Part shown: positions 26,339 through 35,037 of the stretch, one piece after another
How the letters are laid out: every line of letters starts with the position of its first letter
How positions within the stretch are numbered: the first letter of the stretch is position 1
NCBI GenBank assembly: GCA_964502995.1
Contig: CAZCZB010000002.1
Coordinates: 76,805 to 140,804, forward strand
Origin: an uncultured Dehalococcoidia bacterium
GTDB lineage: Bacteria; Chloroflexota; Dehalococcoidia; Lucifugimonadales; UBA3495
Direction: 5' to 3'
DNA: 64,000 nt
Made by a program: the position numbers and the translations under genes
The notes under the pieces: generated by a model
What the model was told of the DNA's origin: nothing
The model's input: the letters and a program-made list of their open reading frames with translations, nothing else
The model's database searches: none

Positions 26339-26848
26339 ATGGCGGAATTGAGTCCGGCAACAGTGCTGGCGGAACTGAAGAAGAACGGCGCTACCCACGT
26401 CGTCTGGCTCCCGGACAGCGAGACCAACTTTCTCTATGTCCTGATGAGCGAGGAACCCAGCCTGGACCTGGTGCCGGTGAGCCGTGAAGGCCACGCTTTC
26501 TCAACGGCCGCCGGTCTCGCCGCCGGCGGCAAGAAGCCCGTGATCCTGATCCAGAACACCGGCATGATGGAGTCGGGCGACTCCCTGCGCGGTTGGGGCC
26601 TGGGCATGAACGTGCCGGTGGTGATGATGGTGGGATACCGGGGCTGGACGCGCCACGGAATCATCAACGACACCGCCGCCTTTTACACTGAGCGGTTTTT
26701 GCACGCGTTCAACATCAACTACTATCTGGTTGAATCGGACGAGGACGCGGACCGAATCTCCATCGCATTCGCTGAGGCGCAGCGCGAAAAACGCCCCGTG
26801 GCAGTCCTGGTGGGCGATGAGTACCACGGTTTCAACGTGAGCCGGTAG
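26339..26848 (+). CDS. comD: TPP-dependent decarboxylase alpha subunit (sulfopyruvate decarboxylase ComD-like)
   Basis: TPP_enzyme_N-type sequence as a separate ~170-aa polypeptide: GATHVVWLPDSE...VPVSREGHAFSTAAGLAAGGKKPVILIQNTGMMESGDSL. The split alpha/beta layout is typical of ComDE. Confidence 0.8.
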   Translation: MAELSPATVLAELKKNGATHVVWLPDSETNFLYVLMSEEPSLDLVPVSREGHAFSTAAGLAAGGKKPVILIQNTGMMESGDSLRGWGLGMNVPVVMMVGYRGWTRHGIINDTAAFYTERFLHAFNINYYLVESDEDADRISIAFAEAQREKRPVAVLVGDEYHGFNVSR

Positions 26849-26973
26849 CCGTTTCCACCAAGTCAACCATCGACAAGTCAACGATCGAACGCACGGGAGA
26901 TTCTTTCGGGCGAAATCCCATCGCAAGCCCCGTGCGTTATCATGATGTTCAGGTTCCAAAGGAAGTGTTTGAG

Positions 26974-27567
26974 ATGATGAAGACAGCCGAAATGCTCGAG
27001 ATTTTCGCCAGGCACCGTGGCGATTCCGTGGTGATACCGGGGCGCGGCGGCCGTTTCTGGGTCGATATCAGCGACCAGCCCGACCGCGATCTGCCTCTGG
27101 GCGACCCCGCCATGGGGGGCCATGCGTCCTTCGCGCTCGGCTTGGCTCTGGCGCTTCCCGACCAACGCGTGGTGCTGTTCGATTCCGAAGGCGACGTATT
27201 GATGGGCATGGGCGCTCTCCCCACCATCGCCGAAAAGGCTCCCGAAAACCTGTACCACTTCATGCTGGACAATGGAGTGTACGCGACCACCGGAGGCCAA
27301 CCGGTCCCCAACGCGGAGCAGATGGAATACGACGTCGTGGCCCAGGGATGCGGATACCCCTCCACCTACGCCATCGACAATCTGGAGGACTTCGCCAGTC
27401 AGATCGAAGAGATTTTGAGCAAACCGGGCCCGGTATTCGTCGCCCTGAAGATAGACCCCGAAATCATCAATGAACCCATCAACGCCCGGCCGCAGTGGCA
27501 GCGCAAAACCCGCAACCAGGCCGTGGCCGATATGCAATCCGAACTGGGAATACGGACACCGCAATAA
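26974..27567 (+). CDS. comE: TPP-dependent decarboxylase beta subunit (sulfopyruvate decarboxylase ComE-like)
   Basis: TPP-binding motif GDPAMGGHASFALGLA...VVLFDSEGDVLMGMGALPT...LDNGVYATTGGQ. The ATG at 26974 follows AGGAAG. Confidence 0.8.
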   Translation: MMKTAEMLEIFARHRGDSVVIPGRGGRFWVDISDQPDRDLPLGDPAMGGHASFALGLALALPDQRVVLFDSEGDVLMGMGALPTIAEKAPENLYHFMLDNGVYATTGGQPVPNAEQMEYDVVAQGCGYPSTYAIDNLEDFASQIEEILSKPGPVFVALKIDPEIINEPINARPQWQRKTRNQAVADMQSELGIRTPQ

Positions 27568-27720
27568 CCGGAACCATATGCTTTCACCAATTCAAGGAAA
27601 TTGCACAGCCCTGCCGCACCGAGTGTTGTTGACATTGTGCTACGTTAGTTGGTGCAACACATACCCGCACCGACGAACGCTTTGTCCGGTCAAAAGCATG
27701 AGGCCGGCAGGGACGCGCGC

Positions 27721-28731
27721 ATGACCACCACCACATTCACCTCCACCGTCAATAACAGCCTCGTCGGAAACGCCCTGCAACTGCTCGCAGCCGGCCTTGG
27801 GCCATACGTGTCCGGCAAAGTGCGCGAAGCCGCCGGCATGGGTCGCTACGTTCCGGATGACCTGGATCGGGTCGGGGACATTGAAGGCGACGTGTCGCTG
27901 ATTCTGCGGGTGATGGCCGCAGGGTGGAACGAAGTATTCCGCGACCACCTGGGCCCCATCGAACGCAGCCTGGTGTCCGAAATCCGCGAAACCCGCAACC
28001 GGTGGGCTCACCAGGAATCATTCAACGACGACGACCTCGACCGGGCTCTGGATTCGATTGCGCGCCTCCTGTCCGCGGTATCTGCGGATACCGAAGCGCA
28101 CCGGGTCAACAAGGTAAAGCATCATCTCCGCAGGCAACGCTACGCTCCCCAACGCGGAGCGGCCCCAGCCCCGGCGCGGAATTCCTCGAAAACGCACGCC
28201 GATGCGACGCCAGAGTCTGCACCTCCCGGCAGTCATCAAGACCCTGCCCAGGAGGAAATCACCGTGCCTGATGTCCATCCCCGGAGCCGCGGCACGAACA
28301 CCGGAGCGCCCGAGACCTCGGCCGGCAATCCCGATGCCCCGGTTTCCGACAGCTCCGGCCGGGTGGAATTCCTGATCGCCCGCGGAATGGAGCAGCGGAA
28401 GCTGCGAGAGTTCGAGGAGGCCATCGCCGCCTTTGAAGAGGCCATCGAACTGGACCGGGAAAACCCCGAGGCATGGTACAACCGCGGCCTCACCTGGGGA
28501 CACATGGGGGAGTACAAGCGCGCGATTAACGACATCAACCGCGCCCTCAGCATCAACCGGGAATACTCGGATGCTTACAACGCTCGTGGTTACGCCCGGT
28601 TCTGCCTGGGCGATCTCACCCGCGCCAGCCATGACTTCGAAGACGCCCTGAGCCTGGACCCCGATGATGAGCTGGCCCGCGTGAACCTCGAAATGGTCCG
28701 GAAACGCCTGGAAGAACGCGGCGGTCGGTAA
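27721..28731 (+). CDS. Swt1-like HEPN domain - disordered linker - TPR repeat protein
   Basis: The N-terminal ~140 aa contain DVSLILRVMAAGWNEVFRDHL...SEIRETRNRWAHQESFNDDDLDRALDSIARLL (R-x4-H HEPN motif at aa 92-97, nt 27994-28011). A Pro/Ala/Ser-rich linker follows. The C-terminus has three TPRs (AIAAFEEAIELDRENPEAWYNRGL..., AINDINRALSINREYSDAYNARG..., ASHDFEDALSLDPDD). The ATG at 27721 is preferred over the track start at 27649. Confidence 0.8.
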   Translation: MTTTTFTSTVNNSLVGNALQLLAAGLGPYVSGKVREAAGMGRYVPDDLDRVGDIEGDVSLILRVMAAGWNEVFRDHLGPIERSLVSEIRETRNRWAHQESFNDDDLDRALDSIARLLSAVSADTEAHRVNKVKHHLRRQRYAPQRGAAPAPARNSSKTHADATPESAPPGSHQDPAQEEITVPDVHPRSRGTNTGAPETSAGNPDAPVSDSSGRVEFLIARGMEQRKLREFEEAIAAFEEAIELDRENPEAWYNRGLTWGHMGEYKRAINDINRALSINREYSDAYNARGYARFCLGDLTRASHDFEDALSLDPDDELARVNLEMVRKRLEERGGR

Positions 28732-28774
28732 CCCCAGACTCCGGTTGCCTGCGCTCCGGGCGTCTCAAACTCGA

Positions 28775-29692
28775 TCAGGCTCCCATTTCGCCCAGAAACT
28801 CCCGCATTCTGGCCACGCACCAGTCGGGGTAGATCACGTTGACCCCGTGACCCAGTCCGGGCCATGTGACCAGGCGGCTGTTGGGAATCTCCGCCGCCAT
28901 GAACTCCTGCTGCTCCATGCCAGTGGTCAGCGATTCGTCGCCGGTCAGCAGCAGCGTGGGAACGGTTATGTTCTTCAGGTGCGGTCCGAAATCGAGGCTG
29001 TCCAGATAACTGTGCAGCGCTTGCCCAATTTCAGCCGGTGTCTTGTCCATCTCCTCGATGTACCAGTCTTTCAACCCGTCCGGCGCGTGCCGCATGTCCA
29101 GCCGGAAGTTGATGGTGGCAGCAGACCAGGCGCCGATCCCTCCCTGCTCCATGGTGGCCAGCCAACTGCCTCCCGGAGTCGCGTTTTCTCGGCGCGTGAG
29201 CCGGCACGGCGAGTTGCACAGCACCAGCGCCCGACAGCGTTCAGGATAATCGTGCGCGAACTGCATGCCCATGATGCCGCCAAATGACTCGCCAACGTAC
29301 ACAACCCGCTCGGCTCCGGCGTCGTCCAGGATGGCCAGCAGGTCGCCGATCAACGTTTCCAGGGTGGGTTCGTACCGCTCCGGGTCGATGGCCGACTGAC
29401 CCATGCCCCGCATGTCGGGACGGATCACTCGATACTCACGGCTGAGCAGGGGCGGCCAGTTGTACCAGAAGTTGCCGTTGCGGGAGAACCCGTGCTGCAG
29501 CACGATGGCGTCCCGCGATGCGCGCCACGGGTCGGTGAAATCGTCCAGGTAGTAGTGGAGTTGTGCCTCGCCGCGCTGGATGGTGGGCCTGTCGGCCTCC
29601 CGATTGCGGTTTCGGCTGGTATAGCATACCCTTGCGCCGGCGGCAACGCACCGCACCCACTCATAACCGACGCGAACCGGAGGAACCGGCAA
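28775..29692 (-). CDS. alpha/beta-fold hydrolase
   Basis: LQHGFSRNGNFW, the nucleophile elbow GESFGG, and a C-terminal GHGVN His. The start is uncertain. The track start (TTG 29692) sits 1 nt from the divergent hdc ATG, and an in-frame GTG at 29656 is an alternative. Confidence 0.8.
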   Translation of the reverse strand: MPVPPVRVGYEWVRCVAAGARVCYTSRNRNREADRPTIQRGEAQLHYYLDDFTDPWRASRDAIVLQHGFSRNGNFWYNWPPLLSREYRVIRPDMRGMGQSAIDPERYEPTLETLIGDLLAILDDAGAERVVYVGESFGGIMGMQFAHDYPERCRALVLCNSPCRLTRRENATPGGSWLATMEQGGIGAWSAATINFRLDMRHAPDGLKDWYIEEMDKTPAEIGQALHSYLDSLDFGPHLKNITVPTLLLTGDESLTTGMEQQEFMAAEIPNSRLVTWPGLGHGVNVIYPDWCVARMREFLGEMGA

Positions 29693-29693
29693 T

Positions 29694-30824
29694 ATGTCCG
29701 GAAACCTGGGATCCGACCCTGTGCCCCAGTCTGTGATTCAAGATCGCCTGGACGGCTTGCTTTTTCACCTGCGCGAAGCATCCGCACACCAGATTGGCTA
29801 CCCCACCAACCAGACCCACGACAGTTCTGCGCTGCTCCCGTTCCTGGATTTCTCGATCAACAACGTGGGAGACCCGTTCCACGCCAGCAACTACTGGAGC
29901 AACTCTCACGCCTTCGAACGTGAGGTCGTCGGCCGGTTCGCGGACTTGATGCGCATCGATTCCGACGACGCGTGGGGGTATGTCACGTCGGGCGGAACGG
30001 AGGGGAACATGTACGGGCTTTACCTGGCCCGCGAACTGTTTCCCAACGCGATGTTTTACTTCTCCGAAGAGACGCACTACAGCGTTTTGAAAAACGTCCG
30101 CGTGCTGAACGCTCGCCACATCATGATCCGGCGGCAGCCAAACGGCGAGATCGACTACGACGACCTGCGCGACATGATTCGCGTCAACCGCGACCTGCCG
30201 GTGGTCGTCATGGCCAACGTCGGCACCACCATGCGCGGCGCGATTGACGACATACCCCGGATTCGGCGCATCCTCGACGACCTGGCGATTACCAGTTCAT
30301 ACATCCACGCCGACGCCGCCCTCAGCGGTATGATCCTGCCCTTTGTCGATGATCCGCAGCCCTACGGGTTCGACGCGGGCATCGACAGCGTTTCGGTCAG
30401 CGGGCACAAGATGATCGGCGCGCCCCTGCCCTGCGGCGTTGTGCTGACCAAAAAACAATACGTGGAACGGGTGGGCCGAGCCATCGAGTACGTGGGCGTC
30501 CAGGACACCACACTGTCGGGTTCCCGCAACGCATTCACCCCCCTGCTGCTGTGGCATGCCTTCGCCCGTTATGGCGACGCGGGATTCAGGCAGTTGGTGG
30601 CCGGGAGTCTGGACACCGCCGAATACGCGGTGGGACAGTTCAACGAGCGAGGCATACCGGCATGGCGACACAAAAATTCCGTCACGGTCGTGTTCCCTCG
30701 GCCCGCTCCGGAGGTTTTCCTCAAATGGCAGATGGCCCCGGAGGGAGAGATCACCCACATCATCACCATGCCCCACGTCACCCGAGCCATGATCGACGAG
30801 CTTGTGGCCGACTGCGCCCGCTGA
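29694..30824 (+). CDS. hdc: PLP-dependent histidine decarboxylase (group II decarboxylase)
   Basis: Near-colinear similarity, from memory, to Gram-negative PLP-dependent HDC: FSINN.GD, WGYVTSGGTEGNMYG, THYSV.K, GTTMRGAIDD, HADAALSGMILPFVDDPQP, and SVSGHKMIGAPLPCGVV (PLP lysine). RBS GGAGGA. Confidence 0.88.
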   Translation: MSGNLGSDPVPQSVIQDRLDGLLFHLREASAHQIGYPTNQTHDSSALLPFLDFSINNVGDPFHASNYWSNSHAFEREVVGRFADLMRIDSDDAWGYVTSGGTEGNMYGLYLARELFPNAMFYFSEETHYSVLKNVRVLNARHIMIRRQPNGEIDYDDLRDMIRVNRDLPVVVMANVGTTMRGAIDDIPRIRRILDDLAITSSYIHADAALSGMILPFVDDPQPYGFDAGIDSVSVSGHKMIGAPLPCGVVLTKKQYVERVGRAIEYVGVQDTTLSGSRNAFTPLLLWHAFARYGDAGFRQLVAGSLDTAEYAVGQFNERGIPAWRHKNSVTVVFPRPAPEVFLKWQMAPEGEITHIITMPHVTRAMIDELVADCAR

Positions 30825-30837
30825 GGAGCTATTCACC

Positions 30838-31248
30838 TTGAATCAATCTCTCAACACCAACCGCATCGTCGTGATGGCCGAAAATGAAGTGGGCGTGATT
30901 GCCGATATCACCAGCGTTCTCGCCGCTGAGAACATCAACCTCGAATCCATCAACACGGAAACCACCAGCGAACGCGGCGCGGTGATCCTGACCGTGGACA
31001 ACTACGACCGCGCTCTTTACGTGCTCAACCAGGCGGGATTCAAGGCGGTGGGCGACGACTCGCTGGTGATCCGTCTGGCCGACGAACCGGGCGCTCTGGC
31101 TAACGTGGCAGACCGGTTGAAACAGGCCGGCGTCAACATCCAGAGCATGCACATCCTGAACCGCCGCGACGGGCACGCCATGATCGCCCTTGCCACCGAC
31201 AACAGCGCCCTGGCCCGCCAATCGATCGGCAGCGACCTGATCGTCTGA
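30838..31248 (+). CDS. tandem ACT-domain protein
   Basis: Two ACT-like units (VVMAENEVGVIADITSVLAAENINLESI... and LVIRLADEPGALANVADRLKQAGVNIQSM...). I prefer the TTG at 30838, 9 nt after GAGGAG. The track start at 30802 overlaps hdc. Confidence 0.72.
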   Translation: MNQSLNTNRIVVMAENEVGVIADITSVLAAENINLESINTETTSERGAVILTVDNYDRALYVLNQAGFKAVGDDSLVIRLADEPGALANVADRLKQAGVNIQSMHILNRRDGHAMIALATDNSALARQSIGSDLIV

Positions 31249-31292
31249 CCCATACGCTGTCGGCGCCAACTTTCAGCGACGGAGGAGTCCAC

Positions 31293-32747
31293 ATGCCAGC
31301 ACGCACCGGAGCGGAATACATCGCCGGAATCAGAGACCGTGCCGCGGACGTGTACATCGGCGGCGAACGGGTTGCGGACGTTACCCGACACCCCGCGTTC
31401 ACCGGCGGGTTGCAGACGGTCGCCGGCCTGCTTGACATGCAGCACGACACCGACACGCGCGATGAAATGACCTATGAATCCCCCACCACCGGCGACCCGG
31501 TCGGCCTGTCCTTCATCATGCCTCGCAATGCCGACGACCTGGCGCGCCGGCGCACGATGATGCGCAACTGGGCCAGGTTCTCGTGCGGCATGATGGGTCG
31601 CACCCCCGACTTTCTCAACGTCGCCGTCATGTCCATGGCCGCCGCCGCCGACTACAGCGGCCTGAACCGGCCGGAGTTCAAGCAGAACATCCTCAACTAC
31701 TACGAGTACATCCGCGAAAACGACATCGTGATGACCCACACGCTGGTCAACCTGCAGCGCAGCCGTTCGGTGGGCGCGACGCCTTTTGACGATCGCACCG
31801 AGGTGGCCCTGTCGGTGGTCAAGGAAACCGACGCCGGCATCATGGTGCGCGGCGCGCGGGTCCTTGCGACCCTTGGGCCGCTCTCTGACGAGATAGCCGT
31901 GTATCCCGCCCGCACGCGTCGGGTTCCCGCCGGCGAGGAGGGCAAGTACGCCTTTGGGTTCGCCATTCCGTGCAACACCGATGGGCTCAAGTTCCAGTGC
32001 CGGGACAGCGTCGATCTGGGACGCTCCCATTTCGACCATCCCGCCGGCAGCCGGTTCGAGGAAATGGACGCCATCGTGTTCTTCGACGATGTCCTGGTTC
32101 CGTGGGAGCGGGTGTTCCTTTACAACGACGTGGCGCTGTGCAACCAGTGGGGCGAGCGCACCAACCGCAACGCGCACACCGGCCACCAGGTCGTCACCAA
32201 GAACGTGGTCAAGTGCGAATTCATGCTCGGATTGGCGACGCTGATGGTGGAAACCCTGGGTTCCGGCGAGATCCCGGCCACCCAGCAGATGATCGCAGAA
32301 ATCATCGAAAACCTGGAGATCACCAGGGCTCTGCTGGCCGCGTCCGAAGCCCAGGCATCCATGGACGAGTGGGGTATATTCTGCCCTGACTACCGGCCCC
32401 TGCTGGTCGCCCGCAAAAAGATGATAGACATGTACCCGCGCATGGCGGAGATCCTGCACTTCCTGGGTTCCAGCAGCCTGATGGCGCTGCCCGCCGAGGC
32501 CGACCTGAACGGCCCGTTGGCCGACGACATACACCGGTACATGGATACCGACACCGCCACCGCCGAGCAGCGCATCCGCCTGTTCCGGCTGGCCTGGGAC
32601 GTGTCGTGCAGCGCGTTCGGCAGCCGGCAAACGCTGTACGAGCGATACTTCGGCGGCGACGGCGCCCGCAACGCCGCCCTGCTGTACCAGATCTACGACC
32701 GAAGCGCGCAGCAGGAAATGGTCGAAGAGTTCCTCTCGCTGGAGTAA
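31293..32747 (+). CDS. HpaB-family flavin-dependent monooxygenase (4-hydroxyphenylacetate 3-hydroxylase family oxygenase component)
   Basis: The N-terminus TGAEYIAGIRDRAADVYIGGERVADVTRHPAF, its ~480-aa length and the C-terminal FGGDG...LY region fit the family. RBS GGAGGAG. Confidence 0.88.
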   Translation: MPARTGAEYIAGIRDRAADVYIGGERVADVTRHPAFTGGLQTVAGLLDMQHDTDTRDEMTYESPTTGDPVGLSFIMPRNADDLARRRTMMRNWARFSCGMMGRTPDFLNVAVMSMAAAADYSGLNRPEFKQNILNYYEYIRENDIVMTHTLVNLQRSRSVGATPFDDRTEVALSVVKETDAGIMVRGARVLATLGPLSDEIAVYPARTRRVPAGEEGKYAFGFAIPCNTDGLKFQCRDSVDLGRSHFDHPAGSRFEEMDAIVFFDDVLVPWERVFLYNDVALCNQWGERTNRNAHTGHQVVTKNVVKCEFMLGLATLMVETLGSGEIPATQQMIAEIIENLEITRALLAASEAQASMDEWGIFCPDYRPLLVARKKMIDMYPRMAEILHFLGSSSLMALPAEADLNGPLADDIHRYMDTDTATAEQRIRLFRLAWDVSCSAFGSRQTLYERYFGGDGARNAALLYQIYDRSAQQEMVEEFLSLE

Positions 32748-32752
32748 TCCGC

Positions 32753-33517
32753 ATGATCACCGTTGCCGAAATCAACATCGCCCCGGTCAAGTCGATGGCG
32801 TTGGCTCCGCTGCAATCGGCCCACTTTGACCTGGGCGGCATACTGGACGACCGGCGGTTCTATCTGGTCAACGCCCAGGGTCGTCTGCTGACCCGCCGGC
32901 AAGTGGGCAAACTGGGACAGTTGGTGTCGTCGTGGGATGCGGAGGCGGAACACCTGCGCATCGAGTTTCCGGGCGGGTCCGTGTTGGAAGGATCCCCGGA
33001 CCTCGACCGGCCGGTCTGGACCATCGTGTGGGGTCGCCGCGTGCGCAGCCGTGCCCTCCAGGGCGACTGGATGCAGGCCATCAGCGAGTTCTGCGGCCAG
33101 CCCGCCACGCTGATGATGTCGGACCTGCCCTGCCAGGTTTTCGACGAGTTCCCGGTTTCGGTACTGTCCCGGGCGTCCGTAGAACGTCTGTCGTCTGAGA
33201 TGGGAATGGCGGCAGACCAATGCCTGGAGACCGACCGATTCCGGCCTACGCTTCTCCTCGACGGTTGCGAGGCCCACCAGGAAGACGGCTGGATGAACCG
33301 GACCATGTCCGTCGGAGATGCCGTGGTGCGCGTCCTGGCGCCCGACCCGCGCTGCGCCATCGTTGACCAGGACCCGGTGACCGGTGAGACCGACACCGAA
33401 ACCGTCAGGTCGATCCTGGGGTACCGCCCCAACGCGCTGGCCGCGTATTTCGGCGTGTACGGCATCGTCGAAAAACCCGGCAGGGTCAGCGTCGGCGACA
33501 CGGTGAGCATCGGGTGA
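32753..33517 (+). CDS. MOSC-domain protein (with N-terminal beta-barrel)
   Basis: MITVAEINIAPVKSMA... and RFRPTLLLDG......DPRCAIVDQDPVTGE (conserved MOSC Cys). The ATG at 32753 follows GGAG and lies 6 nt after the HpaB stop. Confidence 0.85.
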   Translation: MITVAEINIAPVKSMALAPLQSAHFDLGGILDDRRFYLVNAQGRLLTRRQVGKLGQLVSSWDAEAEHLRIEFPGGSVLEGSPDLDRPVWTIVWGRRVRSRALQGDWMQAISEFCGQPATLMMSDLPCQVFDEFPVSVLSRASVERLSSEMGMAADQCLETDRFRPTLLLDGCEAHQEDGWMNRTMSVGDAVVRVLAPDPRCAIVDQDPVTGETDTETVRSILGYRPNALAAYFGVYGIVEKPGRVSVGDTVSIG

Positions 33518-33609
33518 ACGGCAACCCTGCGTTTGCCACCTTTCGCCGCAAACCCTAGAATGACCCAACGGTCCGGCGGCGCCCCGCGTGCAAATCACCC
33601 GGACAGGCG

Positions 33610-34107
33610 GTGAGAGCCATGCGGATGCCGGGACAAAGACGGAGCCAGGAACCGGACGAGGTGGGCCAACGGGCCGGCCTGTTCGCCGAATCGATCCGCG
33701 ACGGCGATATGGACCTGGCCTGGGCCATGCTCTCCAAGGAAACCCGCGGCATGCGCATGGGCGTATGGGCGACGCGCAACAGCATCGACATGCAGGTCGC
33801 CTACCGCGCGGCATACGATGCGAACCACCCGATGCGCCCCTCGCTGCTCGACGACTTCCGCACCACCGTTTTGCGCCTGTGGCCTCTTGAGGACCTGTCC
33901 GAACTGGCCGCCGCGCCCACCCGCTACGTCGACGACGAGCACGCCTTCGTGTTCCTGCCCTTCGGGGTCAGGGATGAAACGGTGGTGCAGCACAGTCGCC
34001 TCATGTCCGGCCTGATGATCCCGATGCTGTACGAAGAAGCCCAGTGGCAGGTTGACCTGCCCGGCTGGCGGTTCCTGGACACCACCGGTTCGGGCAGCGA
34101 TGGCTAG
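33610..34107 (+). CDS. hypothetical protein
   Basis: Ordinary composition, and its stop overlaps the HNH gene start by 8 nt. The start is ambiguous (GTG 33610, ATG 33619 or 33625). I recognised no domain confidently. Confidence 0.5.
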   Translation: MRAMRMPGQRRSQEPDEVGQRAGLFAESIRDGDMDLAWAMLSKETRGMRMGVWATRNSIDMQVAYRAAYDANHPMRPSLLDDFRTTVLRLWPLEDLSELAAAPTRYVDDEHAFVFLPFGVRDETVVQHSRLMSGLMIPMLYEEAQWQVDLPGWRFLDTTGSGSDG

Positions 34108-34489
34108 ACGCCGGAACCGCACGCGATCCAGAGGGGTCCGGCCAACCGTTTCCTCGACCGGCGAATCTGCCGTCGATCATATCCGCGACGGCGCGCAGGT
34201 TCGCGCTCCCATCGACGGCATGTGCGCGTTATGTGAACGGCAGGTCGAGCGATACACCGTCCATCATCTGATCCCGAAGGCTCGCGGCGGCAAGTTCGGC
34301 CCGACCGCGCCGTTCTGCTCCACGTGCCACCGCCAGGTTCACGCCATGTTCTCCGAAACCACGCTGGCGGATGAACTGTACAGCGTGGAATTGCTGCGCG
34401 CCAATCAGCGTGTGGCCTCGTTCCTGCGCTGGATGCGCAAGCAGCGCGGCGCGGCATTCAGGGTACGGCGTGCGCGAGAGCGCGGGTAA
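34100..34489 (+). CDS. small HNH endonuclease-family protein
   Basis: CALCERQ...YTVHHLIPKARGG...FCSTCHRQVHAMF (C-x2-C ... HH ... C-x2-H-x3-H) with Arg-rich N- and C-termini. The ATG at 34100 is preferred over the track start at 34052. Confidence 0.8.
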   Translation: MARRRNRTRSRGVRPTVSSTGESAVDHIRDGAQVRAPIDGMCALCERQVERYTVHHLIPKARGGKFGPTAPFCSTCHRQVHAMFSETTLADELYSVELLRANQRVASFLRWMRKQRGAAFRVRRARERG

Positions 34490-34512
34490 TGCAACAATGA
34501 TGCCGTGATACC

Positions 34513-35037
34513 ATGACAATACCCAAGGAGAACCAGGCGGTCATGGCTAACGGATCAAAATTACCGAAAGAAGAGGTCGCCGCGGCGATACGCTCTGGAC
34601 TGCGTGAAGGAAGGCAACCTGTTGACCTCCCACCCTCGGAAGCTGAAGAGAAAAGCGCAACCTACCGAGGCAACTTGGCCCACTACCTCCAACACGTCGA
34701 AATCAGCCTGAACCAGGGCGATCACCTGCAAGCCGCGGAAAAAGCCTGGGGCGCATACGCCCAGACGATCAAGAGCATCGCCGCAGAACATGGCCTCAGA
34801 GCTACTCACCACGCGAGCATTATCGGCGCCGCCGATCGCATGGCCATATTGGCGGCTGATTACGATCCAGAAGCGGGTAATTTTCTGCGTCACGGGTTGT
34901 CCACTGCACGGAGTCTTCACCAACACTTCTACGAAAACGATCTTGCACCCCGGACCGTAGCAGAGAATGCAACCGAAGTGACGAATGTGATTCAGTTCCT
35001 GAGCGATTTGTTTTCCGGAGAAGACGACCCAGCATGA
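34513..35037 (+). CDS. PaREP1-like (HEPN-related four-helix) protein, tentative
   Basis: AEKAWGAYAQTIKSIAAEHGLRATHHASIIGAADRMA...ARSLHQHFYENDL resembles the archaeal PaREP1 family pattern, from memory. GC is lower than in the flanks. The stop overlaps the next start (ATGA at 35034). The ATG at 34543 after AAGGAG is an alternative start. Confidence 0.6.
   Translation: MTIPKENQAVMANGSKLPKEEVAAAIRSGLREGRQPVDLPPSEAEEKSATYRGNLAHYLQHVEISLNQGDHLQAAEKAWGAYAQTIKSIAAEHGLRATHHASIIGAADRMAILAADYDPEAGNFLRHGLSTARSLHQHFYENDLAPRTVAENATEVTNVIQFLSDLFSGEDDPA

Noticed and set aside
31017-32630. 537-aa minus-strand ORF.
   Set aside because: It is antisense to the clearly recognisable HpaB-family gene. It is Arg/Gly/His/Ala/Val-rich with no motifs, a typical high-GC shadow ORF.
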